64,000 nucleotides of DNA, from contig PLLJ01000038.1 in NCBI GenBank assembly GCA_003140935.1, positions 6,858 through 70,857 on the forward strand, given 5' to 3'. The position numbers and the translations under genes are program-made. This document shows positions 17,554-27,408 of the stretch, in pieces. The stretch is from Candidatus Omnitrophota bacterium (lineage in GTDB: Bacteria > Omnitrophota > Omnitrophia > Omnitrophales > Aquincolibacteriaceae). Below the pieces are notes generated by a model, which was not told where the DNA came from, made no database searches, and saw nothing but the letters and a program-made list of their open reading frames with translations. Position 1 is the first letter of the stretch. Each line of letters starts with the position of its first letter.

Positions 17554-18990
17554 TTAATCCTTTGGCCGTTTTTCAAATAAAGACTGAAGAAGGAACAGGA
17601 CAATGAGATACGCGCCGCGGATCATGCCGAACAATGCGGCCGGGGAACGGACACAGAGCAGCTTCCGCCCGATATAACGGGGCCGGAAATAAAACCGCCA
17701 AAAAGCGCGCTTCTGGGCCGCCTGGAGTTCTTCGGGCGTCAATTCGCAAACACTGATCGCCGGGGCCAGCTTGGCATGCCCCAGATAACGGTCCCAGTGA
17801 CTTTCATCGATCAGCCCCTTCTTCATCAGGTCCTCAAAGATCTTGGACCCCGGCATCGGCACCAGCGCGCAAAAATTCGCATAATCCGAGTCCAGCTCCA
17901 GAGCCACGCGGAGCGTATCGTTCATCGTTTGACGCGTGTCCCCCGGATGGCCGAAGATGTAACTGCAGAGCGTGCTGATCCCGTATTTCCTGCACAGGCG
18001 GACCGCCTCACGGGCCTGGTCCAGGGTGATGCCTTTATCTATTTTTTTCAACATTTCCGGGTTCCCGGACTCAATGCCGAACGCCATCCCCGTGCAGTGC
18101 GCCCGCTTCATCGCCGAAACCGTTTCCTCGTCGAGGGTGTTGACGCGCGCGTGGCAATTCCAGCGCATGTTGAGCTTCAACTCACTGAAAAGAGCGCAGA
18201 ATTCCAGGATCCATTTTTTATGGACGGTGAACGTGTCATCCACGATCAGGACCTCGCTGTAACCTTCGCCTTCAAGAAGCCTCATTTCCTCGATCACGTT
18301 CTTCGGGGATCTTTGATTGAAATGACGCCCGTAGATCGATTTGGAGCAGAAAACACAACCGTAAGGACACCCGCGGCTGGTAAGCATGGCGGTGTTTTTC
18401 CCGGAAGTGGCGCGCCGGTTGACATTCATGCCGTATTTGGATGGATCGAAAAGATCGCGCTTGGGAAAAGGTATTTTGTCGATCTCCAGGATCGGGGGAC
18501 GCCTGGGATTGACATGGATCTTCCCGTCGCGGCGGTAAACAAGATTAAGGATACCCGACGGGTCCTTTTTTTCACGGAGCGCGATAAGGAGTTCACGGAA
18601 AGCCTCTTCTCCTTCCCCCACCACCCCATAATCGATGGAAGGTTCCGCAAGAGTGCTCTCGGGCAACGCCGAACAGTGGACGCCGCCCACCACAACGATC
18701 GCGTGAGGATGAATCCCTTTGACCACCCTCGCCATTTCCCACGCAGTCGATACGGTGGCGGTCATCACGCTGATCGCAACAATATCCGGGGCCTCGCGCG
18801 CGATGACCTCGCGATATTGCTCCGGCTTTAATTTCAGGGCATTATTATCCAATCCGGCCAATTCGATCCCCGGAATATCCTGAACGTACGCGCCAAGGTA
18901 GGACAGTCCCAAAGGGACCGATACCCCGCCCTTTTCGCTAAAAGAAGCCGCGAGCTCACTATCGTTGGGGCAGGCCAGCAGGACTTTCAT
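17554..18990 (-). CDS. B12-binding radical SAM enzyme (class B rSAM)
   Basis: KVLLACPN... B12-binding domain and TSRGCPYGCVFCSK motif. The ATG at 18990 overlaps the stop of the upstream paralog as ATGA. Confidence 0.85.
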   Translation of the reverse strand: MKVLLACPNDSELAASFSEKGGVSVPLGLSYLGAYVQDIPGIELAGLDNNALKLKPEQYREVIAREAPDIVAISVMTATVSTAWEMARVVKGIHPHAIVVVGGVHCSALPESTLAEPSIDYGVVGEGEEAFRELLIALREKKDPSGILNLVYRRDGKIHVNPRRPPILEIDKIPFPKRDLFDPSKYGMNVNRRATSGKNTAMLTSRGCPYGCVFCSKSIYGRHFNQRSPKNVIEEMRLLEGEGYSEVLIVDDTFTVHKKWILEFCALFSELKLNMRWNCHARVNTLDEETVSAMKRAHCTGMAFGIESGNPEMLKKIDKGITLDQAREAVRLCRKYGISTLCSYIFGHPGDTRQTMNDTLRVALELDSDYANFCALVPMPGSKIFEDLMKKGLIDESHWDRYLGHAKLAPAISVCELTPEELQAAQKRAFWRFYFRPRYIGRKLLCVRSPAALFGMIRGAYLIVLFLLQSLFEKRPKD

Positions 18991-20456
18991 GCGGAGGCCT
19001 TTCTCAACCAATGGTACATGTTCCATCCCGTCTGTAAGGTGCTCCGGAGCTGTCCGAAAGACCGGATATCGGTCAGGGTCCGTAACATGTTGGAAGGACG
19101 CAAATAAAAACGTCGCGTGGCCAAACGGACCAATGCCTCCATGCGGTCACGGGTCAAACGGCCCTCCACGCCGATCTCAAATGAGTCCTGGAAAGGCGAT
19201 CCTTTTTCACTGCCTTGCTTTGTTAACCGGCAATCCTCATATTTTCCGTTTTTAATATCGAAATAGAAAGGACTCCCCGGATACACGGTCATCACCGCCC
19301 AATTGACATAGTGCAACTTCAGCCGGTCGGCAAAATTCATGGTTTCTTTCACGGTCTCTTCCGTCTCGCCCGGGAGCCCGATCATGAAATAGCCGGTCAC
19401 CCGGATCCCGGCGCGTTTCGTTTCCCGGACCGCGGTTTCGATCTGTTCCCGGGTGACCCCCTTCTGCACGGTATTCCTCAAAGCCTCATTCCCCGATTCA
19501 ATGCCGTAACTGACCATCCAGCATCCGGCCTTTTTCATCAGGCCCAAAAGTTCCGCATCCACGAGATCGCACCGGGTCGTGCAGGACCAGATGAGGTCCA
19601 GATCCGCCGCGATCAGGCGCTCCATGATCTCCGCCGTCCTTTGACGATTCATCGTCAGGTCATCATCATAAAAATGGATCTCCCGCACGTGGTAACGGGT
19701 CACGAGTTCCCGGAGATCATCCACGACACGTTCCGAAGAGAATGCCCGGTAAGAATCCCCGAAGACACTTTTGGAACAATAGGCGCAATGAAAAGGACAG
19801 CCGCGCGAGGTGATCTCATTCATGTAGCGCCACCGCCGGCCATACGGCAGATGAGGACGATACGCATCGATCCGGAAGAGATCTCGGGCGGGACGCGGCA
19901 GACTTTCCAGATCGCGGATATGTTCACGCGGAGGCCCCAGGGTCACGATTTCGCCTTCCCGCCAGATCGTTCCCCGCAAACCTTTGGGTGTCTGGCCGGT
20001 ACGCAGATATTCTTCAAGAATTTCCTTCAATGTGATCTCACCTTCTCCGAAGACGGCGAGATCCGCCTCAGGGAATTCATAAAGGGTTTCTTGGGTCAAA
20101 GCCGAGACATGCGGACCACCGATCACCAAGAGCGTTTTCGGAAAAAGTGTGCGGGCCATAGTGACGGCTTGCCGGGCACCTTCCCGGTTAGGCGTTAACA
20201 CGCTCACTCCGGTCACCTGGGGCGGACGCAGTTCCGCAAAACGACGCTGTAACGCGTCAAGCGTATGGAGGCCTTCGGCCCAAGCATCCACGACCTGGAC
20301 AGAATAACCCGCCTCCAAGGCCACAGCAGCCAGGGACGCCAAGCCGAGAGGGATCATCGGATGAGGGTTCAATGAATAGGGATTGATAAGAAGTAAGTCC
20401 AAAATGGCTTCCTCAGGTTCCAAACATGGCGTATTTAAAAAATTTACGTCCCGCAT
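18987..20456 (-). CDS. B12-binding radical SAM enzyme (class B rSAM)
   Basis: LLLINPYS... B12-binding domain and TSRGCPFHCAYCSK motif. Confidence 0.85.
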   Translation of the reverse strand: MRDVNFLNTPCLEPEEAILDLLLINPYSLNPHPMIPLGLASLAAVALEAGYSVQVVDAWAEGLHTLDALQRRFAELRPPQVTGVSVLTPNREGARQAVTMARTLFPKTLLVIGGPHVSALTQETLYEFPEADLAVFGEGEITLKEILEEYLRTGQTPKGLRGTIWREGEIVTLGPPREHIRDLESLPRPARDLFRIDAYRPHLPYGRRWRYMNEITSRGCPFHCAYCSKSVFGDSYRAFSSERVVDDLRELVTRYHVREIHFYDDDLTMNRQRTAEIMERLIAADLDLIWSCTTRCDLVDAELLGLMKKAGCWMVSYGIESGNEALRNTVQKGVTREQIETAVRETKRAGIRVTGYFMIGLPGETEETVKETMNFADRLKLHYVNWAVMTVYPGSPFYFDIKNGKYEDCRLTKQGSEKGSPFQDSFEIGVEGRLTRDRMEALVRLATRRFYLRPSNMLRTLTDIRSFGQLRSTLQTGWNMYHWLRKASA

Positions 20457-21861
20457 GCCAGAACTTCACGGCCTCGCGGGGATCTTTCACGATCCTCCAA
20501 AGGGCGCCGGCCAGGTAGCCCGGCCGCAAATAGTAACGGACGACGATGCGGTGCATGGCTTTTTTCATGTCTTCGCCCGAAAGACCCGGATAATCCATCA
20601 TCACATTCTGCGCTCCCTCCGGGGTCAGGAATTGCGAGAAATCCTCGGTCTTTAGAAATTTATTCTCTTTAAGCCAGTCGTAAAATTCCGTACCGGGAAG
20701 CGGCAGGGCGATCGAGACCTGCATCGTCGCGGGCTTCAAGCGCAACGCCGCCCTGAAAGTCTCTTCGATCGTTCCGGGAGTTTCGCCCGGAAGACCGATG
20801 ATGAAATCGCCGTGCACCTGGATGCCGGCCTTGCGCGCGGCCCCGGCAAAATCCTCCATCTGCTTCAGGGTGATGCCTTTTTTGATCCGCTTCAGGATCT
20901 CCGGGCTCCCGGATTCGTACCCGGCCACCATCGCGCGGCAGCCCGCTTTTTTCATGAGCCGGAGAAGCCCGAGGTCGGTGATATTGGGCCGGACATTGGC
21001 GCACCAGTTGATCTTGTACCCTCCCGCGATCTTCCGCTCGCAGAATTCCCGGACACGCGGGAGGTCGAAGGTGAAAGTGTCGTCATCGATCATCAGTTCT
21101 TTGACGTAAGGCGCCCGGTCGCGGAAATAGTCCAGTTCGGCAAAAATACTGTCGAGACTGCGCTTGCGGTACTTCCGGCCCATCAGGGTCTGCGGCCACA
21201 GGCAGAAAACACATTGCGCGTAGCAGCCCCGTCCGAAATAGGTCTGGACCCACGGGTAAAGCAAATAATCCATGTGATAATGATAAATATTCAGATGTTT
21301 TTCGATGACCTGGATGGAAAAAGGCAGCTCATCGAGGTTCTCGATCGGGGGCGGCGGTTCATTGGCCGTAAATTTCCCGTCGCGAAGATACGCGAGACCC
21401 GCAAGCGATGAAGGATCGCCTCCCCGGTCCATCACGGCCGCCATATCACGCAGCACATAGTCGAATTCACGGCAGATCACGTAATCCGTCCCCGGTGAGC
21501 GGCGCAGGGAATCCTCGGGCAGGACGGAAACATGAGGTCCTGTGATCACGGTGGTCGCTTGCGGACACGCCCGCTTCAAGAGGTCCGTTATTTCCAGGTC
21601 GTTGACGATGCTTCCGGTCGCCGTGTAAACGACGATCATTTGGGGATCAAATCCCTTCACCTCGGCTAAAAGTTCCTCACGGGATTGCTTTTTGGCCGGG
21701 CTGTCGATCAGACGCGTCTCATGTCCGGCCTTGTCGAGCACTCCGGTCGCATAGATCAGCCAGATCGGCATCCACAGGGCCGTGCCTTTGCTGGAAGCTT
21801 GCCAACGGGCGCCGCGGCAAAACCGGTCCGTAAAGGGCGGATTGATCAGGCAAATTTTCAT
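20413..21861 (-). CDS. B12-binding radical SAM enzyme (class B rSAM), first gene of the operon
   Basis: KICLINPPF... B12-binding domain with a variant cluster motif FGRGCYAQCVFCLWP. ATG at 21861 with a GAGGTG RBS; a GTG at 21873 is an alternative start. Confidence 0.8.
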   Translation of the reverse strand: MKICLINPPFTDRFCRGARWQASSKGTALWMPIWLIYATGVLDKAGHETRLIDSPAKKQSREELLAEVKGFDPQMIVVYTATGSIVNDLEITDLLKRACPQATTVITGPHVSVLPEDSLRRSPGTDYVICREFDYVLRDMAAVMDRGGDPSSLAGLAYLRDGKFTANEPPPPIENLDELPFSIQVIEKHLNIYHYHMDYLLYPWVQTYFGRGCYAQCVFCLWPQTLMGRKYRKRSLDSIFAELDYFRDRAPYVKELMIDDDTFTFDLPRVREFCERKIAGGYKINWCANVRPNITDLGLLRLMKKAGCRAMVAGYESGSPEILKRIKKGITLKQMEDFAGAARKAGIQVHGDFIIGLPGETPGTIEETFRAALRLKPATMQVSIALPLPGTEFYDWLKENKFLKTEDFSQFLTPEGAQNVMMDYPGLSGEDMKKAMHRIVVRYYLRPGYLAGALWRIVKDPREAVKFWHAGRKFFKYAMFGT

Positions 21862-22193
21862 CTTGAATAGCACCTCAACTATGGGATCAAACCATGCCGG
21901 GCATCAACAGACTCGGACGCTCTTTCCCATTCGATCTTTCCCTTGGACACACCCCTCCTTCGCACTCGAAAGAGCCCGGAAGATAGGGCATTGAATGAGC
22001 TTCTCTGAAATTGTAATACATTTCCACGCAATCAAAAATCTTTCTTTTCGTTTCATGACTCTCTAGCGGAAAGTCACCGTGTGGGCCGGGACAGACGGGA
22101 AGAAGGGCCGTAGGGGTACCGGTCCTGAGAGGGAAAAGAAGGCGTGTGAGTCACGGGAGACACTCAAGGAAATTTGCCGGAAAGTGACGCGGA

Positions 22194-22598
22194 CTAACGT
22201 ATCTGAAGGACGTGTTCGATCTTGCCTCTGAGATTGGCCAGATCAAAAGGCTTCTCGATGAAACCGCTGATCCCCTCGAACTCGAAGAGGGGCCGCATCT
22301 TCACCCCCGCTCCGGTGATCACGATCACGGGAGTTTTTCTGATGCGGGTCTGTTTTTCAAGATCCCGGTGGCGATAAAAACGGACGTTGCGGAGATAAGT
22401 CAGTCCATCCTCGCCCTTGGGAATGAGAATATCAAGAAGCACACAATCGGGCTTTGCTTCCTCGGTCTTCCGGAAACCTTCCGCCCCATCGGTTGCGGTC
22501 AGGATCGTATAGCCCAAAGGCTCGAGCTTTTCTTTGATGATCTGGCAGACATCCTCTTCGTCATCGATGACCAGGATACATTTTTTATTCTCTGGCAT
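22194..22598 (-). CDS. Single-domain response regulator (CheY-like receiver)
   Basis: ILVIDDEEDV...DCVLLDILIP...PVIVITG...K receiver motifs. ATG at 22598 with a GAGG RBS; a TTG at 22640 is an alternative start. Confidence 0.7.
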   Translation of the reverse strand: MPENKKCILVIDDEEDVCQIIKEKLEPLGYTILTATDGAEGFRKTEEAKPDCVLLDILIPKGEDGLTYLRNVRFYRHRDLEKQTRIRKTPVIVITGAGVKMRPLFEFEGISGFIEKPFDLANLRGKIEHVLQIR

Positions 22599-22723
22599 TG
22601 CCGCCTCGCTCAAAGGTTTAAACGTCTTTACTATCGTCAAGAACGCCCGCGAACTGAACGAGCCCGGGCAATTCTATGACGCGCTCAGTGGGATATCAGA
22701 ATAATTCCCCAAAAAGCGCCTTT

Positions 22724-23230
22724 TTATTCCTTTTCACTCTTCGCATCCATTTGTTTTTCCAGTTCTTGCATTATTTCTTTCGTTAATGGCTCTTTCTGGT
22801 CATACCGCAACACTCCTTGGATATCCCCGTTCTTGTAAGCCATTTCGCCTTTCAATTCTCCGTTTTCGTAATACGCCTTAAAAGGCCCGTCCCGCTTTCC
22901 ATCCTTGTAAGATATCTCCGACCGCAATTTCCCGCTTTTGTAATATTCCTTAACGGTCCCCTCCTGCTTTCCGTCCTTATAAGGTGTCTCCGACTTCAAG
23001 GGCCCGCTTTCGTAATACTCCTTAACCGTCCACTCCGATGTCTTGTTCCCATAAATCTTCTCTGCAAATAATTGTCCGCTTTTATACTGCCACCTCACGG
23101 GCTTCCTGGCGGGTTCCTGAGCTTGTCCCGTCGCGGGGCCCTCCCCGTATCCCGCAGCATGAAAGAGGAGCACCGAAAAGACAACCCCTCCGATCAACCC
23201 GCCCATAAAAGTCCGCACTTTGATATTCAT
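22724..23230 (-). CDS. MORN-repeat variant protein (YwqK-like), membrane-anchored
   Basis: N-terminal TM helix followed by repeated ..KEYYESGPLKSETPYKDGKQEGTVKEYYKSGKLRSEISYKDGKRDGPFKAYYENGELKGE.. (YxxG.L...x.YKxGxxxG repeats). Confidence 0.65.
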   Translation of the reverse strand: MNIKVRTFMGGLIGGVVFSVLLFHAAGYGEGPATGQAQEPARKPVRWQYKSGQLFAEKIYGNKTSEWTVKEYYESGPLKSETPYKDGKQEGTVKEYYKSGKLRSEISYKDGKRDGPFKAYYENGELKGEMAYKNGDIQGVLRYDQKEPLTKEIMQELEKQMDAKSEKE

Positions 23231-23359
23231 CCCTACGACCCTCTTCTGCTTTCTTAATGGAACGCCTTAAAATAGATATTTGATAGCATTTTACGTCTAA
23301 AAATCAAAAAAGCCACAGAAAGGTACCGGGGACCTTGAGGATAGGTCGCTTGCGTCAGA

Positions 23360-23770
23360 CTAATTGTTTCTCCGCGAGTCCTTCGTATGCCCGGGTTTGT
23401 GCCGGACATAGAGATAGAACAGGATCCCCAGGGCCGTCCAGATCATGTCAGAGAGAGCGTCCTCGAGTTTGCACAATCTCCCGGGAACGAAACCCTGGTG
23501 CCATTCGTCCGAAAAAGCAAAGAGTGTTGTCAGGATCCAGGCGAGGACCGAGGACTTGAGACGTGAGGCGTCAGGCCGGCGGAGTAAGAACGCCCTGATC
23601 CAGAGCCCTGCTAAGACCGAGTATTCGCAGAAATGGGCCCCCTTGTGGAAATACGGCACAGGAATATCGGGAATGTCTTTTCCGGGGACCGAGGAAAGGA
23701 AGAAAATGAAGCCCATCCACAAAAGCACCGGCAGCCAAACTTGTGAAAAACTGTTCCGTGGATCGTTCAC
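23360..23770 (-). CDS. VanZ-like family membrane protein
   Basis: 4 TM segments with VanZ-like motifs (PGKDIP..HKGAHFCEY, DEWHQGFVPGR..D). Confidence 0.65.
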   Translation of the reverse strand: MNDPRNSFSQVWLPVLLWMGFIFFLSSVPGKDIPDIPVPYFHKGAHFCEYSVLAGLWIRAFLLRRPDASRLKSSVLAWILTTLFAFSDEWHQGFVPGRLCKLEDALSDMIWTALGILFYLYVRHKPGHTKDSRRNN

Positions 23771-23824
23771 CCCGCGTATCTCCCTGGCCGTGTTTGAAAG
23801 GCTTTTGCCCGCGAACCTTAACTC

Positions 23825-24331
23825 TTAAAGAATGTTTTGATAGATCTCAAGATCCCGCTCTGAAAATAAAACGAAGATCACTTTTTCAAAAGCGTCCGGA
23901 TTTTCCTCCAAGAACTTCTTGACCGTTCCCACGGCGATGGCGGCGGCCTTCCGGATGGGAAACCTGTAGGCCCCGGTCGAAATGGAGGGGAACGCGACCG
24001 TTTTTAAGTGCTGGGTTTGGGCGCATGCTAAGGAATTCCTGTAACAAGCGACTAAAAGTTCTTCCTCTTGATACTTTCCCCCGTGCCAAACAGGCCCGAC
24101 GGTATGGATGATGGCGCTGACCGGCAGCTGATACCCCTTCGTGATCTTGGCTTGCCCCGTCTCGCAGCCTCCGAGACTCTTGCATTCTTCAAGCAGCTCC
24201 GGGCCGGCGGCCCGGTGAATCGCACCATCGACTCCCCCGCCCCCGAGCAGGGTCCGATTGGCCGCGTTCACGATCGCATCGCAGATAAGACGGGTAATAT
24301 CGCCTTGAATGAATTGGATCTCGGTTTTCAT
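23825..24331 (-). CDS. Macro domain protein (O-acetyl-ADP-ribose deacetylase-like, YmdB/MacroD type)
   Basis: [37 protein letters not shown] macro-domain signature. Confidence 0.85.
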   Translation of the reverse strand: MKTEIQFIQGDITRLICDAIVNAANRTLLGGGGVDGAIHRAAGPELLEECKSLGGCETGQAKITKGYQLPVSAIIHTVGPVWHGGKYQEEELLVACYRNSLACAQTQHLKTVAFPSISTGAYRFPIRKAAAIAVGTVKKFLEENPDAFEKVIFVLFSERDLEIYQNIL

Positions 24332-24339
24332 AGAAGTGA

Positions 24340-24777
24340 TTATTTTATCTTATACTGAGCCTTTATATTTTTCGAGACTTCCGGGGCATCGTAAACGATC
24401 CCAGAGGCATCGGCCGGTTTTTCTTTATAACATCGGATGATATAAACGCTGACGGGGTAATAGTCGGGAGCCACTCGCCGGTATCCCACCGAAGTCAGGC
24501 CCGAGACGGTTTCTGATTTATCATCGGAAATAGTGAAATACTTGTAGCCGTCCCTCAGCGTGACTTCGGCGCTCCTTAACATGGAAAGATCGGCCGCGCG
24601 GGAACTCGTGGTAAAGCTGTCCCCGTCAAAGCTGATCCGATAAAGCCCTTCCTGGATCTTGGTATCGGAATAGCCCCCCGAAGAAATAAGACCCGTTCCA
24701 TAAGGTTTGTAGGCTACCGGAACAGCACACCCGCTCAGGATCAGAAGGGTCATGAATCCCACGGCAAGTTTTCTCAT
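24340..24777 (-). CDS. Lipoprotein, uncharacterized
   Basis: [17 protein letters not shown] lipobox signal; the small beta-rich body has no recognizable motif. Confidence 0.5.
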   Translation of the reverse strand: MRKLAVGFMTLLILSGCAVPVAYKPYGTGLISSGGYSDTKIQEGLYRISFDGDSFTTSSRAADLSMLRSAEVTLRDGYKYFTISDDKSETVSGLTSVGYRRVAPDYYPVSVYIIRCYKEKPADASGIVYDAPEVSKNIKAQYKIK

Positions 24778-25041
24778 ACCCGCTCCTTTTTCTCCCATCG
24801 AAAAACGTCTGAATCACCTTATCCCGCTTACGCGCGGGTCCGGTCATGGTGGATCCTCATCCTCCATACCAGAATATCCCCAGAGTGACCAAAATGTCGA
24901 GTGCAATAACAAAAAAATGTCTCCTCGACAGGATCCCCCGTCACCGCCACCGTAATTCCCCTACTCCCATTTCCGTTTTCACCTGATTCCGGAAAGCCCC
25001 CGTTTGAGCGTTAATAGTGGTGCCCGAAGGAGGGAGATCCT

Positions 25042-25446
25042 ATGCGACAGTTCTCATGGTTCGTTTGTATGTTTTGGCTGGGGGCGGGCATGTTCTTCGC
25101 AGGAGAGACCGCAAAGGCGTTACCCGAACAAGTGTCCTGTGTCATTGCTCCGGACAGGGCGGAAATTGCCGATTCAGGGGCGGGCTACAGCTCGATTCCC
25201 AGCGGCATCACGCCAGAGGCGAAGACAGAGGGTCTTCCCCGAGTCCGGAGCACTTTTTTTGACGCCCGGCAGGTCCGAAAACTCATCGAAAACTTCGATG
25301 GGGCTCTCGATTGTGAAACAGTCGAAACAACGGTTCTGCATGACGGGATCGCGGCCCCCCCGCGTTCTCAAGGATCGCGGAGACCGGACCTGAACGGGCT
25401 ACTGCTCAGCATGAGACTTCAACACGCCCTCGAGACCTCGGCCTAG
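25042..25446 (+). CDS. Secreted small protein, uncharacterized
   Basis: 134-aa ORF with an N-terminal hydrophobic signal-like segment; ATG is preceded by GAAGGAGGGAG. One of the few plus-strand genes here. Confidence 0.45.
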   Translation: MRQFSWFVCMFWLGAGMFFAGETAKALPEQVSCVIAPDRAEIADSGAGYSSIPSGITPEAKTEGLPRVRSTFFDARQVRKLIENFDGALDCETVETTVLHDGIAAPPRSQGSRRPDLNGLLLSMRLQHALETSA

Positions 25447-25511
25447 TAGAAAGGCGCCCCCGGTCGACGCCTTACGATGAACGCGATTTTACAACGGGAA
25501 GCAGGATCTTT

Positions 25512-26126
25512 TTACTGTCGCTGGCGAAGAACGAATTTTCCCATGCCGCTGTAAAAAACCACGCTGTCTACGTTCTGAGACAGGATGAGGCTCCGGATCA
25601 GGGGGTCTTTGTTGTAGAAAACTTTTTCCACGGCGCCGCCCGGGTTTATCAGTTGAATTGATTTTTGTTTAGACGCTTCTTCCAGTTCCTGAGTCAGGGG
25701 CAAAGATAATTTCTCAAAAGACGACGTTTTTTGAAGTTCCGGATGGTGGGCGACGGTATCCGCGACCTTTTCAGGGGTCACCTTCCCCGGGATCTCAAAG
25801 ATCCTTCCGTCCTTCAATTCAACCTCCCCCGAATACCAGGACATTTCATAGGTTTTCCCGTCTTTGGAAACGACCTCCGCTTTCTGAGAAAAGAACGGGT
25901 CTCCTTTGAGCGGAACATTGCCCGTATTGATAAATCGAAAGGCCGCTCTCACCTCCCCCGACGGTGAAGACTCGTCCGCGGAGAAGCTGACGGTACACAT
26001 GCGGGATTTATCGTCAGAGCCGAACCATTTGGTTCCATGCCCGGAGAAGGAATACTCGCCCGCGCAAACGCAACAGAGGTTTGCCGTCAGAAACCATATC
26101 AAGGCTGTCAGAGAAAGTTTTTTCAT
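25512..26126 (-). CDS. Secreted protein, uncharacterized
   Basis: 204 aa with an N-terminal signal peptide (MKKLSLTALIWFLTANLCCVCAGEY); no recognizable domain. Confidence 0.5.
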   Translation of the reverse strand: MKKLSLTALIWFLTANLCCVCAGEYSFSGHGTKWFGSDDKSRMCTVSFSADESSPSGEVRAAFRFINTGNVPLKGDPFFSQKAEVVSKDGKTYEMSWYSGEVELKDGRIFEIPGKVTPEKVADTVAHHPELQKTSSFEKLSLPLTQELEEASKQKSIQLINPGGAVEKVFYNKDPLIRSLILSQNVDSVVFYSGMGKFVLRQRQ

Positions 26127-26204
26127 TGTTCTGTCTCCCTATCCTTAAAAGCAAGCGTCCTGCAAACGGACATCCTGCATTTCTATCGCCGGCTTGACTC
26201 AACT

Positions 26205-27095
26205 TCAGGATGCCAAAAGATAATAGACCGATTGTGCCATACTGTGAATGTCTACTTTGCCATCCGCGGAGTTGGTATCGGTTTGAATTTTAGTGATCGC
26301 GGCCGCTCGAGCATGAGTTCTATAATCTAGATAAGCTGTTTCCTGCACTTGAGCCCGGTGATAAAGTATTTTATTTTTGAAAAATATTTTTGAACGCTGC
26401 GTCTCGATCTGCTTAGCGTTAGTTTCAATGACGGCACAACGACGCCCTTTCACTTCAGCAAAGCCCACGAGCTTACTTTGAGCTTCAAACTTATGTTGCG
26501 AAGGGACTGCCTTGGGATCGATCAGGAGAGTCATGGATTCTTCATAATGCCAGGTATCTCCGATCTTTACGGGTTTTTCAGGGAGTACCGGCGTGCGGGT
26601 CCAATGCGTTACCTTGAATTTCCCGGATTGAGTATCGTGAAGACCTTGAATTAATTTCACGATTTCATCGCGATCGGTGACTTCGAGTTCATCTGTAAGT
26701 TTATCCATCATGGCCCCGGACTGTTTTTCGATGACAGATTCGGAACGAACGCGATAGGAATCGGGCTGGCTCCCAAGCGCATAAAAAGAGGTCCGGAATT
26801 CGTTCAGCTTGACCTGGATGCCTTGGTTTTCCTTTTGCGGAATGAGCGCATACATCGTCGTTTCTTCGCGCGACTTCAGGATATTCGTCGGAGGAGGTTT
26901 AAGGCGCAGAAGGACCCCTCTTTGTTCTTCGGAATCCGGCTTGACGTTGACAACCTCCAAACGCTGGAAAGGGTTTTCGAACGCAACCTCCGTGATATGA
27001 AAATCCAGTCCTGCACAGCCATAGAACGGCAGAAGAACCATGATGAAAAGCATCCGAGGGAAAAACCGTACTAATATCTTCTTCATGCTCATCAT
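26205..27095 (-). CDS. Lipoprotein, uncharacterized
   Basis: 296 aa with signal/lipobox LLPFYGCAG; no recognizable domain. Confidence 0.5.
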   Translation of the reverse strand: MMSMKKILVRFFPRMLFIMVLLPFYGCAGLDFHITEVAFENPFQRLEVVNVKPDSEEQRGVLLRLKPPPTNILKSREETTMYALIPQKENQGIQVKLNEFRTSFYALGSQPDSYRVRSESVIEKQSGAMMDKLTDELEVTDRDEIVKLIQGLHDTQSGKFKVTHWTRTPVLPEKPVKIGDTWHYEESMTLLIDPKAVPSQHKFEAQSKLVGFAEVKGRRCAVIETNAKQIETQRSKIFFKNKILYHRAQVQETAYLDYRTHARAAAITKIQTDTNSADGKVDIHSMAQSVYYLLAS

Positions 27096-27194
27096 ATCTC
27101 TTTTTAATGCTGTGGTTCAAAACCCGCCATTTCCCTTCCCGGAGGTTTTTAGGATCGTGATGTTCGCGGGTCACGGCTCCCTTTTTCTTTTCTC

Positions 27195-27398
27195 TCAGTG
27201 ACTCGCATAGGGACCAAGGATCGGCTGGCAATCCCTCTTCATGGCCTCCCCGTTACCCAAATTCTTCTCAATGCACTCCCGGTACATCCGTGTTAATTTC
27301 GCTTCGTCCCGGCTTACTTGCAAGTCCACGGCTGACTGAGTACTGCAACAACCGCTTAATGTCAAAACCAGCAGGGCCAACAGAATCATACGCATCAT
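27195..27398 (-). CDS. Small lipoprotein (67 aa)
   Basis: MMRMILLALLVLTLSGCCSTQ lipobox; the short mature peptide contains Cys. Confidence 0.4.
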   Translation of the reverse strand: MMRMILLALLVLTLSGCCSTQSAVDLQVSRDEAKLTRMYRECIEKNLGNGEAMKRDCQPILGPYASH

Positions 27399-27408
27399 GG
27401 AGTCTCCT

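Noticed and set aside
14275-20198. Long plus-strand ORFs (14275-15093, 16133-16975, 17776-18831, 19311-20198, 20812-21411) inside the radical SAM operon
   Set aside because: Each is antisense to a radical SAM or GT2 gene with clear catalytic motifs. These are GC-rich antisense open frames.
21874-22193. Cobalamin riboswitch in the leader of the B12-rSAM operon
   Set aside because: No B12 box (GCCACTG) or conserved cobalamin-riboswitch core could be found on either strand by eye. It remains only a checkable hypothesis (see findings).
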